In this document: in pieces, positions 1 through 12,890 of the stretch
Layout: every line of letters starts with the position of its first letter
Position numbering within the stretch: the first letter of the stretch is position 1
Assembly (NCBI GenBank): GCA_904063045.1
Contig: CAJFCJ010000005.1
Location: forward strand, 759,988-823,987
Direction: 5' to 3'
DNA: 64,000 nt
Origin: Dimorphilus gyrociliatus
Taxonomy: Eukaryota; Animalia; Annelida
The notes under the pieces: model-generated
Databases searched by the model: none
The model's input: the letters and a program-made list of their open reading frames with translations, nothing else
Told to the model about the DNA's origin: nothing
Made by a program: the position numbers and the translations under genes

Positions 1-543
1 AAGTGTTTAATTCTAAAAAAATTTATCTGGAAGGGCATCATCAATAAAGGTAATAATATTGGTAGTCGACAAACCACATGTATCGTATGATGTAGAAGTC
101 GAAATGAATGAGAAGCAATAGCGGATACTTCCGGAAGTGAGAACTGTTGATGTATTGCTAGACTTATTCAACTGTAAAGGAGTGACGCGAACGCTTTGTT
201 GATTATAAATAGGAGAAAATTGCTGAGTTATTATTCTTATGTGCTATGTTATAGCTAGTTTTCTATTAATTAATATTCGTAATATCAGCGCCTGTACAAT
301 ATTTTCTTGGTCAATAGTTTTCTAAAGGATTAGATGACTTGATTGTTTCTGTAAGATCTTTCTCTGCTGTCTTTTTAACCTGTTAATGAGAACAGTATGT
401 CATCCTAGCATTTATCTAAACGCTCCCCTCCCTTATAGCCTTTCTCTTGTTACTCCTATAATTTCCCTTATTCACCTCTTTTGTCGTTTAATTGACAAAT
501 GTTTTCACTCAAGTACCTGAACTCGTAGCTTAAGAAAAAAGAG

Positions 544-546
<3 letters not shown>

Positions 547-592
<46 letters not shown>

Positions 593-630
593 AAGAGAGA
601 GAAAGAGAGCGAGAGAGAGAGACAGAGAGA
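547..630. repeat. (GA)n microsatellite
   Basis: Long, slightly interrupted GA tract. Confidence 0.95.
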
Positions 631-1908
631 TGGAAAGAATAAGGAATTTTATTAGGGCGAAAGCCAAAATTTTGTGGGTGTGGTTTACTTTCCAACCATA
701 CGTGATAGTTTTTTCCCTTTAAATTCTAACAGTTAAAATATGATATATTCGACAGTCGACACTTCCAATTATGACTTTGAAAAGCCAATTTTTCTGCAAT
801 TAAGCTGACAAACTGTAGACTCATACCGTTTCCTCGGCTTGAAAGAATCTTTTTCTCCCTTTATTTAAGATCTAATCAAAAGAAAGTAAATGAAGAAAAG
901 AGGATGAGGGAGATGGGGGGTAAAGAAAGAAATGAAGAAAAGTTCACCGTAATGTTTTATTAACACTTTCAATTGAAATATAATTAGACGTCGAAAACAA
1001 GACGGTCAAGATTCAGTTCTTGTGATTTTCATTAATGAGGTCATGTTCTTAAGGATGAATAAATAAAGAGAAATGACAAAAATAGAGTATGTACAGGAAT
1101 TTCCATATGATAATGTTCTATAAAAAGTTTTAAACCATTGTAATTGAAATAAGTAATATCTAAGGAAGAAGGTGGAAAAATACATTAACGTATTACTCAA
1201 TAAGTCGAAAGCGAGGATTTCAGGATTTCTTTATGTATGCATCTTCTGTATTGCGAATAATGCAACGGCTTGTATTTACATATTCATCCAAGAGCCTATC
1301 GACATTCTCTCACATTGGAAGCTTATGTACATACAATACTGTATAAATGATACATGGCTAACACTAGAGAAAACAATTTTACCTGAAAAATGATGTTATT
1401 AATATTTATTTAACGTTTATAAGAGATTTATATTATTACATAATCAATTGAAAAATTGATTTTTCAATGAATACGGCTGCATTAACGATTAATACCAATT
1501 AACACCAATTAATAACAATTAATAAACAATACGGCAGAGAGGGGGAAAGTGCACACAAGTTAAATTGAGTAATCGTCTTAAACCGTTAGAGTTGTTACTT
1601 AAGAATATTTTAAATTGTTAACCAGTTGATTCCACTTGGGATTTAAGGTCGATAAACCTTCAATCAAAAACAATAACAATTCATGGTCACGAGTGCAATA
1701 CTTGAAAACATAGCGTAATGAGTTCATGTACACTAGTGCTTATGTCAATGCTTAATTTATACATTTCAAAGAGCAATCGAGGCTAAAAAATGTCTTTATT
1801 CAACGCTAATGGCTGTCTATATTTAAATTATGAGCATATTCTCTCCTCTCCTATGAAAATTCTACGTTTAATCTACTGTATGTACTCGTGCCAATTTTAG
1901 TTTTCCTT

Positions 1909-1947
<39 letters not shown>

Positions 1948-3925
1948 TCTTTCAGAATTTAAAAAGTACATATCAATTTCCTTCTTACAGTACATGAACA
2001 GATATTTTATGTACCTTACTAGTAAAAAAAAAAAGAGAGAAAAAAAAAGCAGTACAGCTGTACCAATCTTTTTGCACTGAAGGCAGAGTTTTTGTAAGGA
2101 AGAGGTAAACTCATATATTACTTAATTGTTTTTTATGTAATAGTAGAAATGGAGGCGTTTCTATGATTCCCCTTTCCGCTCCAATTTATATTGTTTCCCT
2201 TCGCCTTTTCTTCAGTGGAAATACCCCATCGATGTCATGTTTAACCTGTTAACCAGATGTCACCACTAGTGTGACAATCATTAATTATCAACTCATTGAA
2301 AAGCCAATAATCTAGTTCAAGCAAACATTTACCAAATCGACGTCCTATTGATAGTTTGTTAAACATACCATATGTAGCGCATTATTCGATTATTGCTTAC
2401 ATTTACTCATTGTCATGACAACGGCATAAATTGATTTTCGCTTGAATTACAGTCTTCTAATTGACTGCGGCATATGTTTGCACGACAATTCGCAATTATG
2501 CATCACACTTGGAAAATTTCTTTATTAGAGCCGTAGGTTAAACGTTTGATTATTAGTCGATTTATTTCTACTCGGATCTTATCATTCGTCACTTTCATTC
2601 TCCAATTTTCTACTTTCTATCTCCTTAATACGCCCTTACTGAGGATATTACAAGTTTCGTCATATATTAAGCACATGGGAGCGCCAAACGAGAACCTAAG
2701 CCGAGAACATCGATTATTAAAACACTTGTTATTTACGATTAAATAAATCTAATCCTCTAGCTGAATTACTTTCTCTGTTCAGTGACCTGGCAATAACCCT
2801 TTTTTCTCTTTCCCTCTCTATCGTTCGCTCTCCCTCTTCCTCCACTTCTCTTTCTCTCTCCCTCTCTCTCTCTAATTGTCTATCTACAAGAGTATTTGTT
2901 TCAATCTTACCTCCTCCCTATATGTCACAAGTAGAGTTTACACTAATGAGGAGTCGTTATAAGTGTAACTTTATACTTGGAATATCTTATAAAATACTTT
3001 CTTTTTAATAAATGTTTGCTATTTGTAGTGCCTTCTGTTAAAAAGTTTTCTCTTTCTTACTTCTAAGAAAGTAAAAAATGATATTTTTCCGCTTAAACTC
3101 TTTCTCTTGTAGCTTGTACAATTATAATATAGCTTAATAATAAGGAGACGGAAAGAAAGAGTAAATGTCAAAGTATCCATCACGAAATTTCCATTTTAGC
3201 CGATAAAGTTCGTTTTATTGAACTGTTTTTCTATTTCTTTCTATTTTTTTTTTACTAATGACTCTCGCCGGTCAAAATTCAGATTATTTTCCTTTTTTCC
3301 TTCTCCAAACCGGAAGCATAAAAATAAACTTAAAAAGAAAAATAGTAGAAAAAAATGAAAAAGGAGGAATATTTTTTAAAAATAAGTGTAAATCGATAAG
3401 TAATTTTCAGTAGTGAAAGTATAGTGGTTATGCTTTCATTTCATTTCATTCTACTTAAAATCCCTGTGTAAAATAACTATTACATCTAACCCGTCTTTAT
3501 TCTTTATATCGGTGCCTGGCCTATCCTCCCCCCCCCCTCTTTCTCTCTCTATCTCTATCTCTATTTGTCTTCAGATCTTGCTATGGAATCCCCGTCGTCT
3601 CTGTTTCTCTCTCTCCGTCTACCGTCTCTAGAGTTATTTTCCTCTATTTCTTCCGTCTCTCCAAATATCATTGGGAAACGAATTTACGGAAGGCGACGAT
3701 ATAGGTCGATTAAATAAAATAGTTTTGTAACATGTAAAATGTATGTACATGCTTCGATGATAAAGTTATATAGACTAAAGAGATAATTGGTTGAGTGAAG
3801 ACTATTTTTAGAGAGATCAAAAGAAAGCCTTTTGTTTTCCAACTAACTGAATAGTTATTTATAAAACTATAATTTTGTATATAAAATAAATATAAATATA
3901 TAAATAAATATACATATACTATGTA

Positions 3926-3928
<3 letters not shown>

Positions 3929-3960
<32 letters not shown>
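3929..3960. repeat. (TA)n microsatellite
   Basis: Perfect TA run; one of many in the window. Confidence 0.95.
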
Positions 3961-3963
<3 letters not shown>

Positions 3964-4571
3964 TATAGATATATACAGTATATATAAATTGTATCATATA
4001 TATATTATATAGTATATTTAGACTACAAATTGTTCATACAGCTGGAAAATAAATAAATATAAATACATCAAGTAAGACATTTTTCTTGTACAATCAACTC
4101 TTTAAAGCAGTAATGAAAATAAGTAATTTTGTTATATTTATGTCATTTTCATCATTAGGTAGCAAAATAAGTTGAAAAAATAGCTTTCTAGTTTATATAT
4201 ATACAGTATATATATAAATTTATTCTCTATCTTTTAATAAGAAATGATACACGATGCCAATAGTAGGAGAGGGCAGAGTTGTAGTATATTATTAAATGTA
4301 TAATGAACTAGACATCATATTTATACTTTGTACTGTATAATATACTAATTATACCTTATGTACAATCTATAAGGGCGTGTAAAGTATAATGAAAATAATG
4401 TAAACCTATTTTAATGGCTTTTAACCTAACAAAAGGAATAGGAATGAATATCCATGTATTTCTTTTTTTTTATTAAAAAAAATAATTATTTTTTCTATTG
4501 TTCCTATGCGTCTCTGTCTCTCTACCTATCTATCTATCTCTTTATATATACTATATATACAGTATTTATAG

Positions 4572-4602
<31 letters not shown>

Positions 4603-5202
4603 TTCTCTCTCTCTCTGTCTCTCTCTCTCTCTCTCTTCATTTAAGGTATTCATTAAAAATTTAAAATCTACATTTCCTATCAAACACTACACGCTACAGT
4701 ATAATACGATATCTACATATGTTATAATAGAAAGGGAGAAAGTAGACTGTTCACCTCAAACTTTTCATTTATTAAAGAAAACTTGAGAAAGGAGAAAATC
4801 AACAAAGATCAAATTAAAAAAGAAACATATTGAAAAGGAACTTAAGGCCTACGTAATTATAATTTTAAAATTGTACTAAACATCTATTACTTTTGGGATA
4901 AGTATTGCAATGCAAACGAGAAAGTAATTTTGTAGAAATTGCTCTATATATAAATATTTAGTTGTAATAAAAAAGAATAAAGAGAAAAAGAGAGAAATTG
5001 AAGTAAGATGAAGAGAAAGGAAAGATAAAAATAAGTGAAAATTGAAATAGTAAAAAATGACTTAATAAATAGAAAACAGTAATTTTATTTATTCTTGTTT
5101 CTCATAAATATGAGTATAAATTTATTTCTTTTTTCGTTTTATATCATTTTGTAGAAATTAGTTTTCGCATAATCACAACATACGAATAATACAATGAAAA
5201 AG

Positions 5203-5240
<38 letters not shown>

Positions 5241-5748
5241 TACATGTCAATAAACAAATATATGTATATACTGTATATATTTATTTATATAAACGTTTAT
5301 ATGCATGTAACATCCTTTTTTCTTATCTTGTTCAGACACTTATTACACATCGTGCATAATCTGCATATATGTTTGTCAGCAATGAAATGTATTTGAAGTC
5401 AATAGGCCTATGGGCTGAGTCAAGTTTTAAATGAGAGAGTACGCAGTGGAAAAAGGGAGTTGCTGTTTTTTGGTGTTTTTTTGTTTTGTTTCGAAAACCA
5501 AGAAAAGGAATAAAAATGACAAGAAAAAAGAATTAAACGCAAAAAATGTCATAATTTTCCTTTTTTTGTAAATTCAATTAATTGTTAGCCAGCCGAATTC
5601 AAACAATAATTCAATTGGTATAACAATAATGACTTTCGAGAAGCCAAGTAGGGGACACGACGAGCTGCAGGAACCGGTTTATGTTTTTTTTTTTTGAGAG
5701 TTTATAATTATCTCAATCACAAAATGCACTTAAGTGATAAGTGAGTAG

Positions 5749-5888
5749 TCACGTGTTGACTGTCACTAAGGTGCTGTTTGCACCACTATTTGAACCAGCT
5801 GTGCCTCGGTCACCCGCTCCGCCGGTCGGTGAATTCGCTTGCGATCTTCTCTGAACTTGACTTTCACTTTCGACTCCATTAACCACTC
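5749..5888 (-). CDS. Shaw: Shaw terminal coding exon (GVVNGVESESQVQRRSQANSPTGGAGDRGTAGSNSGANSTLVTVNT*)
   Basis: aaattacag|GA GTG GTT, phase 1. GC-rich island open for 45 codons, then TGA at 5751-5749. It has no start codon, so it is absent from the ORF track. Confidence 0.75.
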
Positions 5889-6204
5889 CTGTAATTTTAT
5901 AAGATTTTGTTATTTACTAGAAAATACATAGAAAAAGAATATAAATAAGTGGAGAAGACGCTTAAAAACTAGCTTTCGTAAATGTCTAATAATAGAACTA
6001 TATAACCTGTTAGAGACAAGAAAGCACTAAGCAAAAGAATAATATATTGATTAGTTTTTAGCGCAAAGTCAGATTGCAAACAATAGTGAGCTTGTTTTGC
6101 TTTTTCTTTAAAAAACAAGATTTTCCTTTCATAACCGGAAACTTTCCTTAAGTTTTAACTATGTCTTTTCTTGTTTTTATCTTTTGTCCTGCCTCCCACT
6201 TTCA

Positions 6205-6237
<33 letters not shown>

Positions 6238-6894
6238 CTATACTATATATCTGTCTTTCTCATTTTCTTTATCTGTCTTTGTGAATCTATCTCCTACAAG
6301 AATTCTCTAAACCTCGCCTATCACCTCCTCTATCCCAACCTAAAAGTTATATCTCTCTCTCCTAGAAAAGCTTCTAAAATAACTTTTTTCTTTAAAAAAA
6401 AAATAGCTCTTAAAATAGAATATGCAAATATAGATGTAATTTTCTTTTGTAAAAAAAAGTACTTAATTTTACTTGTAAGTATATTTTTAGTTTGGTTTGT
6501 TAAGATATTTTTGATTTTGAGTTTTAGTTTCACTCTGCACAAGACAGACAACACTGAATTAAGTGCAAACGCAAGTTTTAATTTATCAGTTGATTTAAAC
6601 AAAGATAAATTTCACATCATCCCTTCAGTTTATGCGACGCCTGGTCATGTTGGCTGTCTGGTGCCGAAGCGCAAATCAAGACCATCTTTATGATGGTTAA
6701 AAGAACCAACCAAGGCTTTTTTTTTAAGTTTGTTCGTTTACTCAGAAAATTGAAATTATTGTTCTCTACTGAGTATAGAGAACGATAGAATGATGGGAGA
6801 TGGGGGACTAGGGGTTTTTATATAGTTTTGTTTTTTTGGAGAGGGGAGGGGTTTCTCAGCCTCGGTTGGTCCTGAATGAACTAGCACAACATAC

Positions 6895-7107
6895 CGGCAC
6901 AAGTCGAGCCTCGTTTAAGATCAGTAACTCTAACTGGAGAGCCGGGTGACGCGCAAATCTCGACTAATCTGGGCTGCGAGGACGATGTCTGGCTAGACGC
7001 TCGTCTGGAAGACCTTTGTGCAGTGCCTGTGTCGTCCGTCGACACTGTTGTATTCCTCTCATTGTGATGATTAATCATTAACATCGGAACCGATTCGTCG
7101 GCGTTTC
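6895..7107 (-). CDS. Shaw: Shaw C-terminal exon C (213 nt, phase 1-1, Ser/Arg-rich)
   Basis: GC-rich open frame GNADESVPMLMINHHNERNTTVSTDD...RGSTCA. Acceptor ccgctccag|GA, donor GCC G|GTATGT; lies within ORF 6881-7120. Confidence 0.75.
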
Positions 7108-7568
7108 CTGGAGCGGACATATTAAGATACTAGTCCCGAACTACAACGGCCTATGAAAAAAAGAGGGATAGAGATTGTTAAGGAGGATGTTCTTCCTGCT
7201 TCCTTTTTTTTGCTAAAAAAGGCGTCGTAAATTATATAATTATTAGCACAATTATATGCTGTTCTTTTTACGAAAAGTATTGTTTGTCAGGAGAGAGTCA
7301 TATCCTCTAACTAGTCTCAAATTGAATAGGCCGATGTAGGAATATTTACAGCTAACTCAAAATTGAATAGAAATTTGTTTCTTCTATAGTAAAGAAAGCA
7401 TGCGCAGACAGGTTACGTGACCAGAACCCGGAATGATTGCATATGATTAAAAAAGAAACTGAAGCATAAACTGAAGAAATTAAATCTATGCGGTTTATCA
7501 TTAGCATTGGTGGGGTGCTCAAAAAGGTCATGCAGCGCGTCCTAGTAAAGCGCGTTACTTAGCGTTAC

Positions 7569-7595
7569 CTGATTGTCGGGCTGCTGGAGAAAAAC
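7569..7595 (-). CDS. Shaw: Putative Shaw micro-exon B (27 nt, phase 1-1, FSPAARQS)
   Basis: gttgtgcag|GTTTTTCTCCAGCAGCCCGACAATCAG|GTAACG. Length is a multiple of 3; the internal CAGCAG acceptors also keep frame. Confidence 0.45.
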
Positions 7596-7776
7596 CTGCA
7601 CAACAATTGACATTTAAGACAACATTTAAAAAGCAATACATGATAAATGTCATGTATTGTTGAACTGAAAGAATGGTGATGAAGGCGATTAGCGCGATGA
7701 TTTATGAAAATGAATATATCATTTGATGATGATGAATGAATGGTCATGGGAGAAATAAGGGCAAATAACGACTTAC

Positions 7777-7815
7777 TCCTGAAGGGCATCATTTCTTGGA
7801 TGGCCCCACCTTGTG
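7777..7815 (-). CDS. Shaw: Putative Shaw micro-exon A (39 nt, phase 1-1, AQGGAIQEMMPFR)
   Basis: ttttcaaag|CA...AGG A|GTAAGT. Open and phase-compatible with exon 3. An alternative in-frame acceptor lies 6 nt downstream. Confidence 0.5.
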
Positions 7816-8393
7816 CTTTGAAAAATTGGCAAACATTTTAATATTAAACATCTTCCTTAAAAAAAGTTTCATTTAAAAAATGCCTAAATCCTAAAGTGTA
7901 TAATCCTATCAACAACAAAAAAAAGACCAATAATTACTGTGTTTTATACACTAAATATCTCATTAATATGCAAATTTATGCGTAATAATTAAACCAATGA
8001 ATAAACAAGTGAATGTTACAGATATTTATGTACTTTCTTTCAAAAATGTTAAAAATTAGAGTATATTTAAATATATAAAGTATACAATATATACTTAATT
8101 CAACTGTTGAATATTTTTAATAAAAAGTTTCTCTAATTATTTTGCTCATGTGTCAATTTAAGTTCTAGAGAATAAATTTAATTTGTCAGTTGTCACAGTC
8201 GTTTTAATTCTAGTTTATCTATTTATTTTTTTTTAAAAAAAATCAAAGTAAGCAACTAAAGTTGTGGTAATGTTTTTAAAAAAATAAACAAAAAAGCATT
8301 GATAAGTTTATAGTAATATATGTCGTTTTTAAATAAAAAGTAACATATACATATACATATATATATATATATTAATCAATCTAATTAAAGTTC

Positions 8394-8434
<41 letters not shown>

Positions 8435-9379
8435 TATATATGTTTGTGTAAGTATATAAATATAAATATAACGATATACGCATGCAAAAATAAAGAGATA
8501 GAGATAAGAGATCAAAAACCAATTTTTCAAAGGTTAGTGGAATCAAAATGGCCGACCGATCAGTGATCGCAATGCGCATGCTCGTGCCAGAAGAGAAAAA
8601 AATTATTATTTCTGTTTTTTTTTTAACCTAAAAAAGAATAAGCGCATGACGCCAAAAGCGACTGTTATACTTGTCACCTATGAAAAAAATTTGTTCCTTT
8701 AGTATAAATATTATATATATATATATATTAAAAGAGAATGTTATAGTTATTAAAAAGAAATTTCAATATACAGGTATATAAATGTATTTATACACCTGTA
8801 TATTTATATATATATATATATATATATAAATATCTCTATTAATAAATTGAAACAAAAGAAACAAAAAGAGAGACGACAAGCAACGAGAAGGAAAGAGAAA
8901 TGCTATGAAATAAAAAACGACGCTTTGCGACAGCTGCTTCGACAATTGGACTGTGAAATTTAATTTCTAGAGATTTTCTTCTAATTGTCTAGTCTGCTAT
9001 TTATTCTGTTGATATTTTTTCTCATTTCTTCCTCTTCCCGTCTATCTTTCCTTTGGTCAGAGGAAATAATTGAATTTGTTGGACTTTTTCTTTCAAACTA
9101 GATTATTATATTTAGATATAGACCTTCTGGTTCATGATATAACTGTTGTGTAGCTGATTATTCGCTTATAGGACTTGTAACTTAATAAAAGTGGATTTTC
9201 AAAGTCCAATTGTCAATGTTTGAGATGTTATTCTAGCAAACACCAAACTCTATATCTATATATGGCTATATACTGTATATACAGTATATCATATAGTCAT
9301 ATATAAATGTAAGTATATATAAATAAATAAGTGAATGTACTTTTTTCTTTTACATTTGTGAAGTCGTTAATATACTTAC

Positions 9380-9691
9380 CAATCCTATTTAATTTATTTT
9401 CCATACCAGGAGGATGGTTGTGTTTGACAGCATTCATTCTTCTGGCATGTGCTGGACCACCCTGTGACGGTGCCCCTGGTCCCCTTCCTTTCGGTCGTAC
9501 CGCTTCAACCGGTAAGACTCGCCTTCTCTTTTTAGGTAGCTTCGCTCTAGCTTGTGTATGAGAATAGAAAAGGGCGAAATTGGACACAATAACCGGGACA
9601 GGTAGGGCTATTGTCAATACTCCGAGTAGGGCACATAAGGCTCCGACGAACATGCCTACGTAAGTCTTTGGAGTCATATCTCCGTATCCGA
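9380..9691 (-). CDS. Shaw: Shaw/Kv3 exon 3 (selectivity filter, S6, proximal C-terminus)
   Basis: Acceptor gtttacag|TC GGA TAC completes TMTTVGYGD. Contains the PVPVIV gate and [18 protein letters not shown]. Donor ATT G|GTAAGT, phase 1. Confidence 0.97.
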
Positions 9692-11842
9692 CTGTAAACA
9701 AAATGATAATTAATTAAGAGTATATTCCTTCTATTATTCCATATAATATATAAGTATTTCCTATAACATAAAATTAATTCCGTTTTTTGTGTATGTGTGT
9801 TTTTTTAATTACAAACTCTTTTCTCTCTCTTTCTCCTTTATCTTAAATAAATAACTCTTCTTCGCTAATTAACACCTTCGGATAAATTAAACTTTTATGT
9901 CGCATTTTTCAGGAAAATTATAAATATTATTATAATAGGATTCTTAAAAAATGGAAAAAAGACGAGGAAAAACTTGTGTTAATAGTCTCCTATTTCTAGT
10001 ACAATCAGGAGAAATTGATTTTTTTTCTTCTCTATTTAATTAGTAGAAAAGAATTTTTTCACTTTTTCTCTTCGTCCCTTTCCCTCTTTCTTAAATTTCT
10101 GTCTTAAAAATAACATATGAATACTAATAGTTAAAACTTTTTCCTCTCTTTCTTTCTCTCTCTCTTCCTGCTGAAGAAGTTTGCTAAGATTTAGTTAGAT
10201 TTATTGATTTATATGTCACCGGTGTTTATAGACTGCTTTCCAAAGATTGATATTGTAAATATCTCGGAAGGTTGAATTGCATTCTCTACTGCCGATGACA
10301 CTTGAAAATATATAATTATATACCATATACATATATACATTTCTTCCATCATGCATATAATGTACATATATAGAAATTTGCTTATTCCCCAATTTGTTCT
10401 CTAACGACCCCGGTACTATTCGAAATTCCAAGAAGGCAGATTGTAATCGGGCACCGTAAAATAGAGGACGTAATTTAAGAAACGGGACTCTTATCTCTTA
10501 TTTTATCTTTATTCCTATCGGCAACGATCGAAAATTGAAACGTTCGAGTAGTCTTCAAACACGAAGCGGGGATATAGAAGCAATAATCTATCGTCTTTCT
10601 AACAAAAGAACACAAATTTCTTTTTCTTCTCCTTTTAATTAACAATTCATGATTTTCTTTTCAAAAGGTTTTCTCGCTATAGTTACACTCTTATTCGATA
10701 TGTTTTTCAATCATTATTGAATAAGTTTAACCTTGAGACGAAGAGTTCGAAACGCCTTTGCCAACCGAGAGGGGAAATTTTTATTACTAATTATTTACAT
10801 TAGAGATTATATGAAAAATAAAGATGCTAGCGTTATTAAATTATGGATGAGAGATAAAGGAATTCTTCGAAAAGTTTAAATTATGTGCTTTCATTTTTAA
10901 ATGATTTGAGAATTGAGGCTGGGAGGAGCTTGAGGCTAAAAAACAAGTTTTAGCAGAGTATAGATAATAAATACGTCGAACCACGCCTATCTTTCCCTAA
11001 TCGAAATGCTCTCGAGCAGTTCTTTCAGCTTGTAACCTCTAACCAGAGTATCTACAATGTTGGATGTTGGAAAATAATTTGTACAGCCAGAAAATACATT
11101 TGCCCCTCAGCAAAGTCATGCACAACAGTAACCCTAAACCTGATGGAAACCGAAATTTTTCTATATTATTTCTTCTTAATACGTATAAGCTTGTCAACCT
11201 ACAAGCACTTTTTTGATACAACTAGACCTAGAAAAAGGAAATATATTTTCTACTCTCACAGTTCTCATTCTCCGCTGTTCTATCATTTTAAACTTTTCCT
11301 CCATTTTAACATACTGGTAGTATCAAATATTTGAGTGCACATACAGCCTACATTATACATATCTTTCTTTCATTTTTCTTTACATTTCTACAATTCTATT
11401 CACTCTTGCTAACTCCATTTCTCTCTCTCTCTCTCTCTCTTCATGTCTTTTTTTTACTTCTCTATTTTCTCTTTTATCAATTAGACAATAACCCGAGGGC
11501 CTTCAGTATTATTAAAAATGGTTTTAAAATATAGATGAAAGTTGGTCTTTGCCAAACCAGGTTAGATGAACCGCCAGGGGGAATAAAAAAGCGTTTTTTT
11601 ATAATAAGAAGAGAGAGAAAAAGAGAGTAGGATAGAAAAGATGCTCCAAGTCTAAGAAAATGACGTAAGAGGGAGAGAGAGAAAGAAAGGGAAGATAAAG
11701 ATAAAGAATAAAAGGCGTAGATACAGCTAAGAGAGAGTTAGATATAGATACACTTGATGAAGGGTAAATGAAAGATTATCCTTTTGAGGAGTTAAGGAGA
11801 TTATAGTATTATACTGTTCAAACTAGAGGGGATAAAACTTAC

Positions 11843-12446
11843 CCGTTGTCATGGTTACAATAGCCCACCACAAACCGACCGGAATGCTAGTGAAATCATT
11901 ATTAGGATTGTATTGAATCCGCTCAGCATAGAATATCAGCGCTGCGAAGATAACAATACCGATGACCAAGAAGAAAATGAGCAGGAACAATTCATGAGCG
12001 GACGCTTTGAACGTATGTATAAGAATTTTCAAGCCGGGCGAATGCCTCGTTAACTTGAATAACCTCATTATCCTTATTATTGAGAAAAATTCAAGAATAT
12101 CATTTGACTTTTCCATTCTAGTCAGCATAAAGTCCAAATAAAAGGACAAAGTTGCTACCATATCAATAACGTTGACCGGTGCTTTCAAAAAATCCAATTT
12201 ACTAGGCGTTACTATAAAGCGGATGATAATTTCGAAGGTGAACCAAGCATTACACGCACATTCGACATAGAAGAAGCTACTGTGAGGTTCTGTCTTCTTC
12301 TTTTCCAATGTCCAAGTGAAATTACCGGATGAGTCTATTGAAATTGTCTTATTTTCGATGACTGGCACTCGCATGTTCGGATGAGTTTTTAGGCAAAATG
12401 AGAGAATTGAGACGATAATGAAGAACACAGAAACTACGGCTACAAC
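11843..12446 (-). CDS. Shaw: Shaw/Kv3 exon 2 (S1-S5 and pore helix)
   Basis: Acceptor cttttacag|GTT GTA GCC (phase 0). [23 protein letters not shown]...WFTFE...S4 [21 protein letters not shown]...[15 protein letters not shown]. Donor G|GTAAGT, phase 1. Confidence 0.97.
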
Positions 12447-12837
12447 CTGTAAAAGAAAGAGTAAATTTTAATATCTTTAAATGATCATACAACAAAGTAG
12501 TTTAATTGAAAGTTCTACGCAATAAATATGATTTTGATTATATGTAAAGTTAAACATTTGTCTTGTCTTTCCACTGCAATTCGTTTACATTTCTCTATTT
12601 AAAAACATATCTCAATAAAATTTAAATAAAGTCTATTAAAAATGTATCTCTTTTTTAATTGAAAATGTGACAACTGTCTATTTTTGCTTGAAGGATGCAC
12701 GCTATACAAAGGCTAATGACTGGATTTCAGAATCTTTTCGTATAATATTCACGTTTGTAGATAGAAACGAACAGTGAGTAATATAATTAATATAATCTAA
12801 TTACTTGATAAATACTGTAAGGATCGTATATATTTAC

Positions 12838-12842
<5 letters not shown>

Positions 12843-12888
<46 letters not shown>
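12843..12888. repeat. (GA)n microsatellite
   Basis: GA tract in Shaw intron 1. Confidence 0.95.

Positions 12889-12890
<2 letters not shown>

Noticed and set aside
1-380. Non-repetitive stretch with a ~70-codon minus frame and an ACTTCCGGAAGT palindrome
   Set aside because: No start codon, splice support or recognisable homology; it lies at the window edge.
468-6693. ORF-track entries rich in YIYI, SLSL or FFF (e.g. 468-695, 3710-3997, 4454-4786, 6184-6693), and many similar ones across the window
   Set aside because: They are translations of TA, CT and poly-T microsatellites, with no coding signature.
6881-6894. GMLC* as the Shaw C-terminus, as read by the ORF track
   Set aside because: It starts at a GTATGT donor in phase 1 that fits the 5888 exon, so it is probably intron read-through. 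Intron retention is not excluded.
9268-9289. 22-nt perfect palindrome ATATACTGTATATACAGTATAT
   Set aside because: Built from the TA-repeat-derived TATACAGTATA motif found throughout the window.
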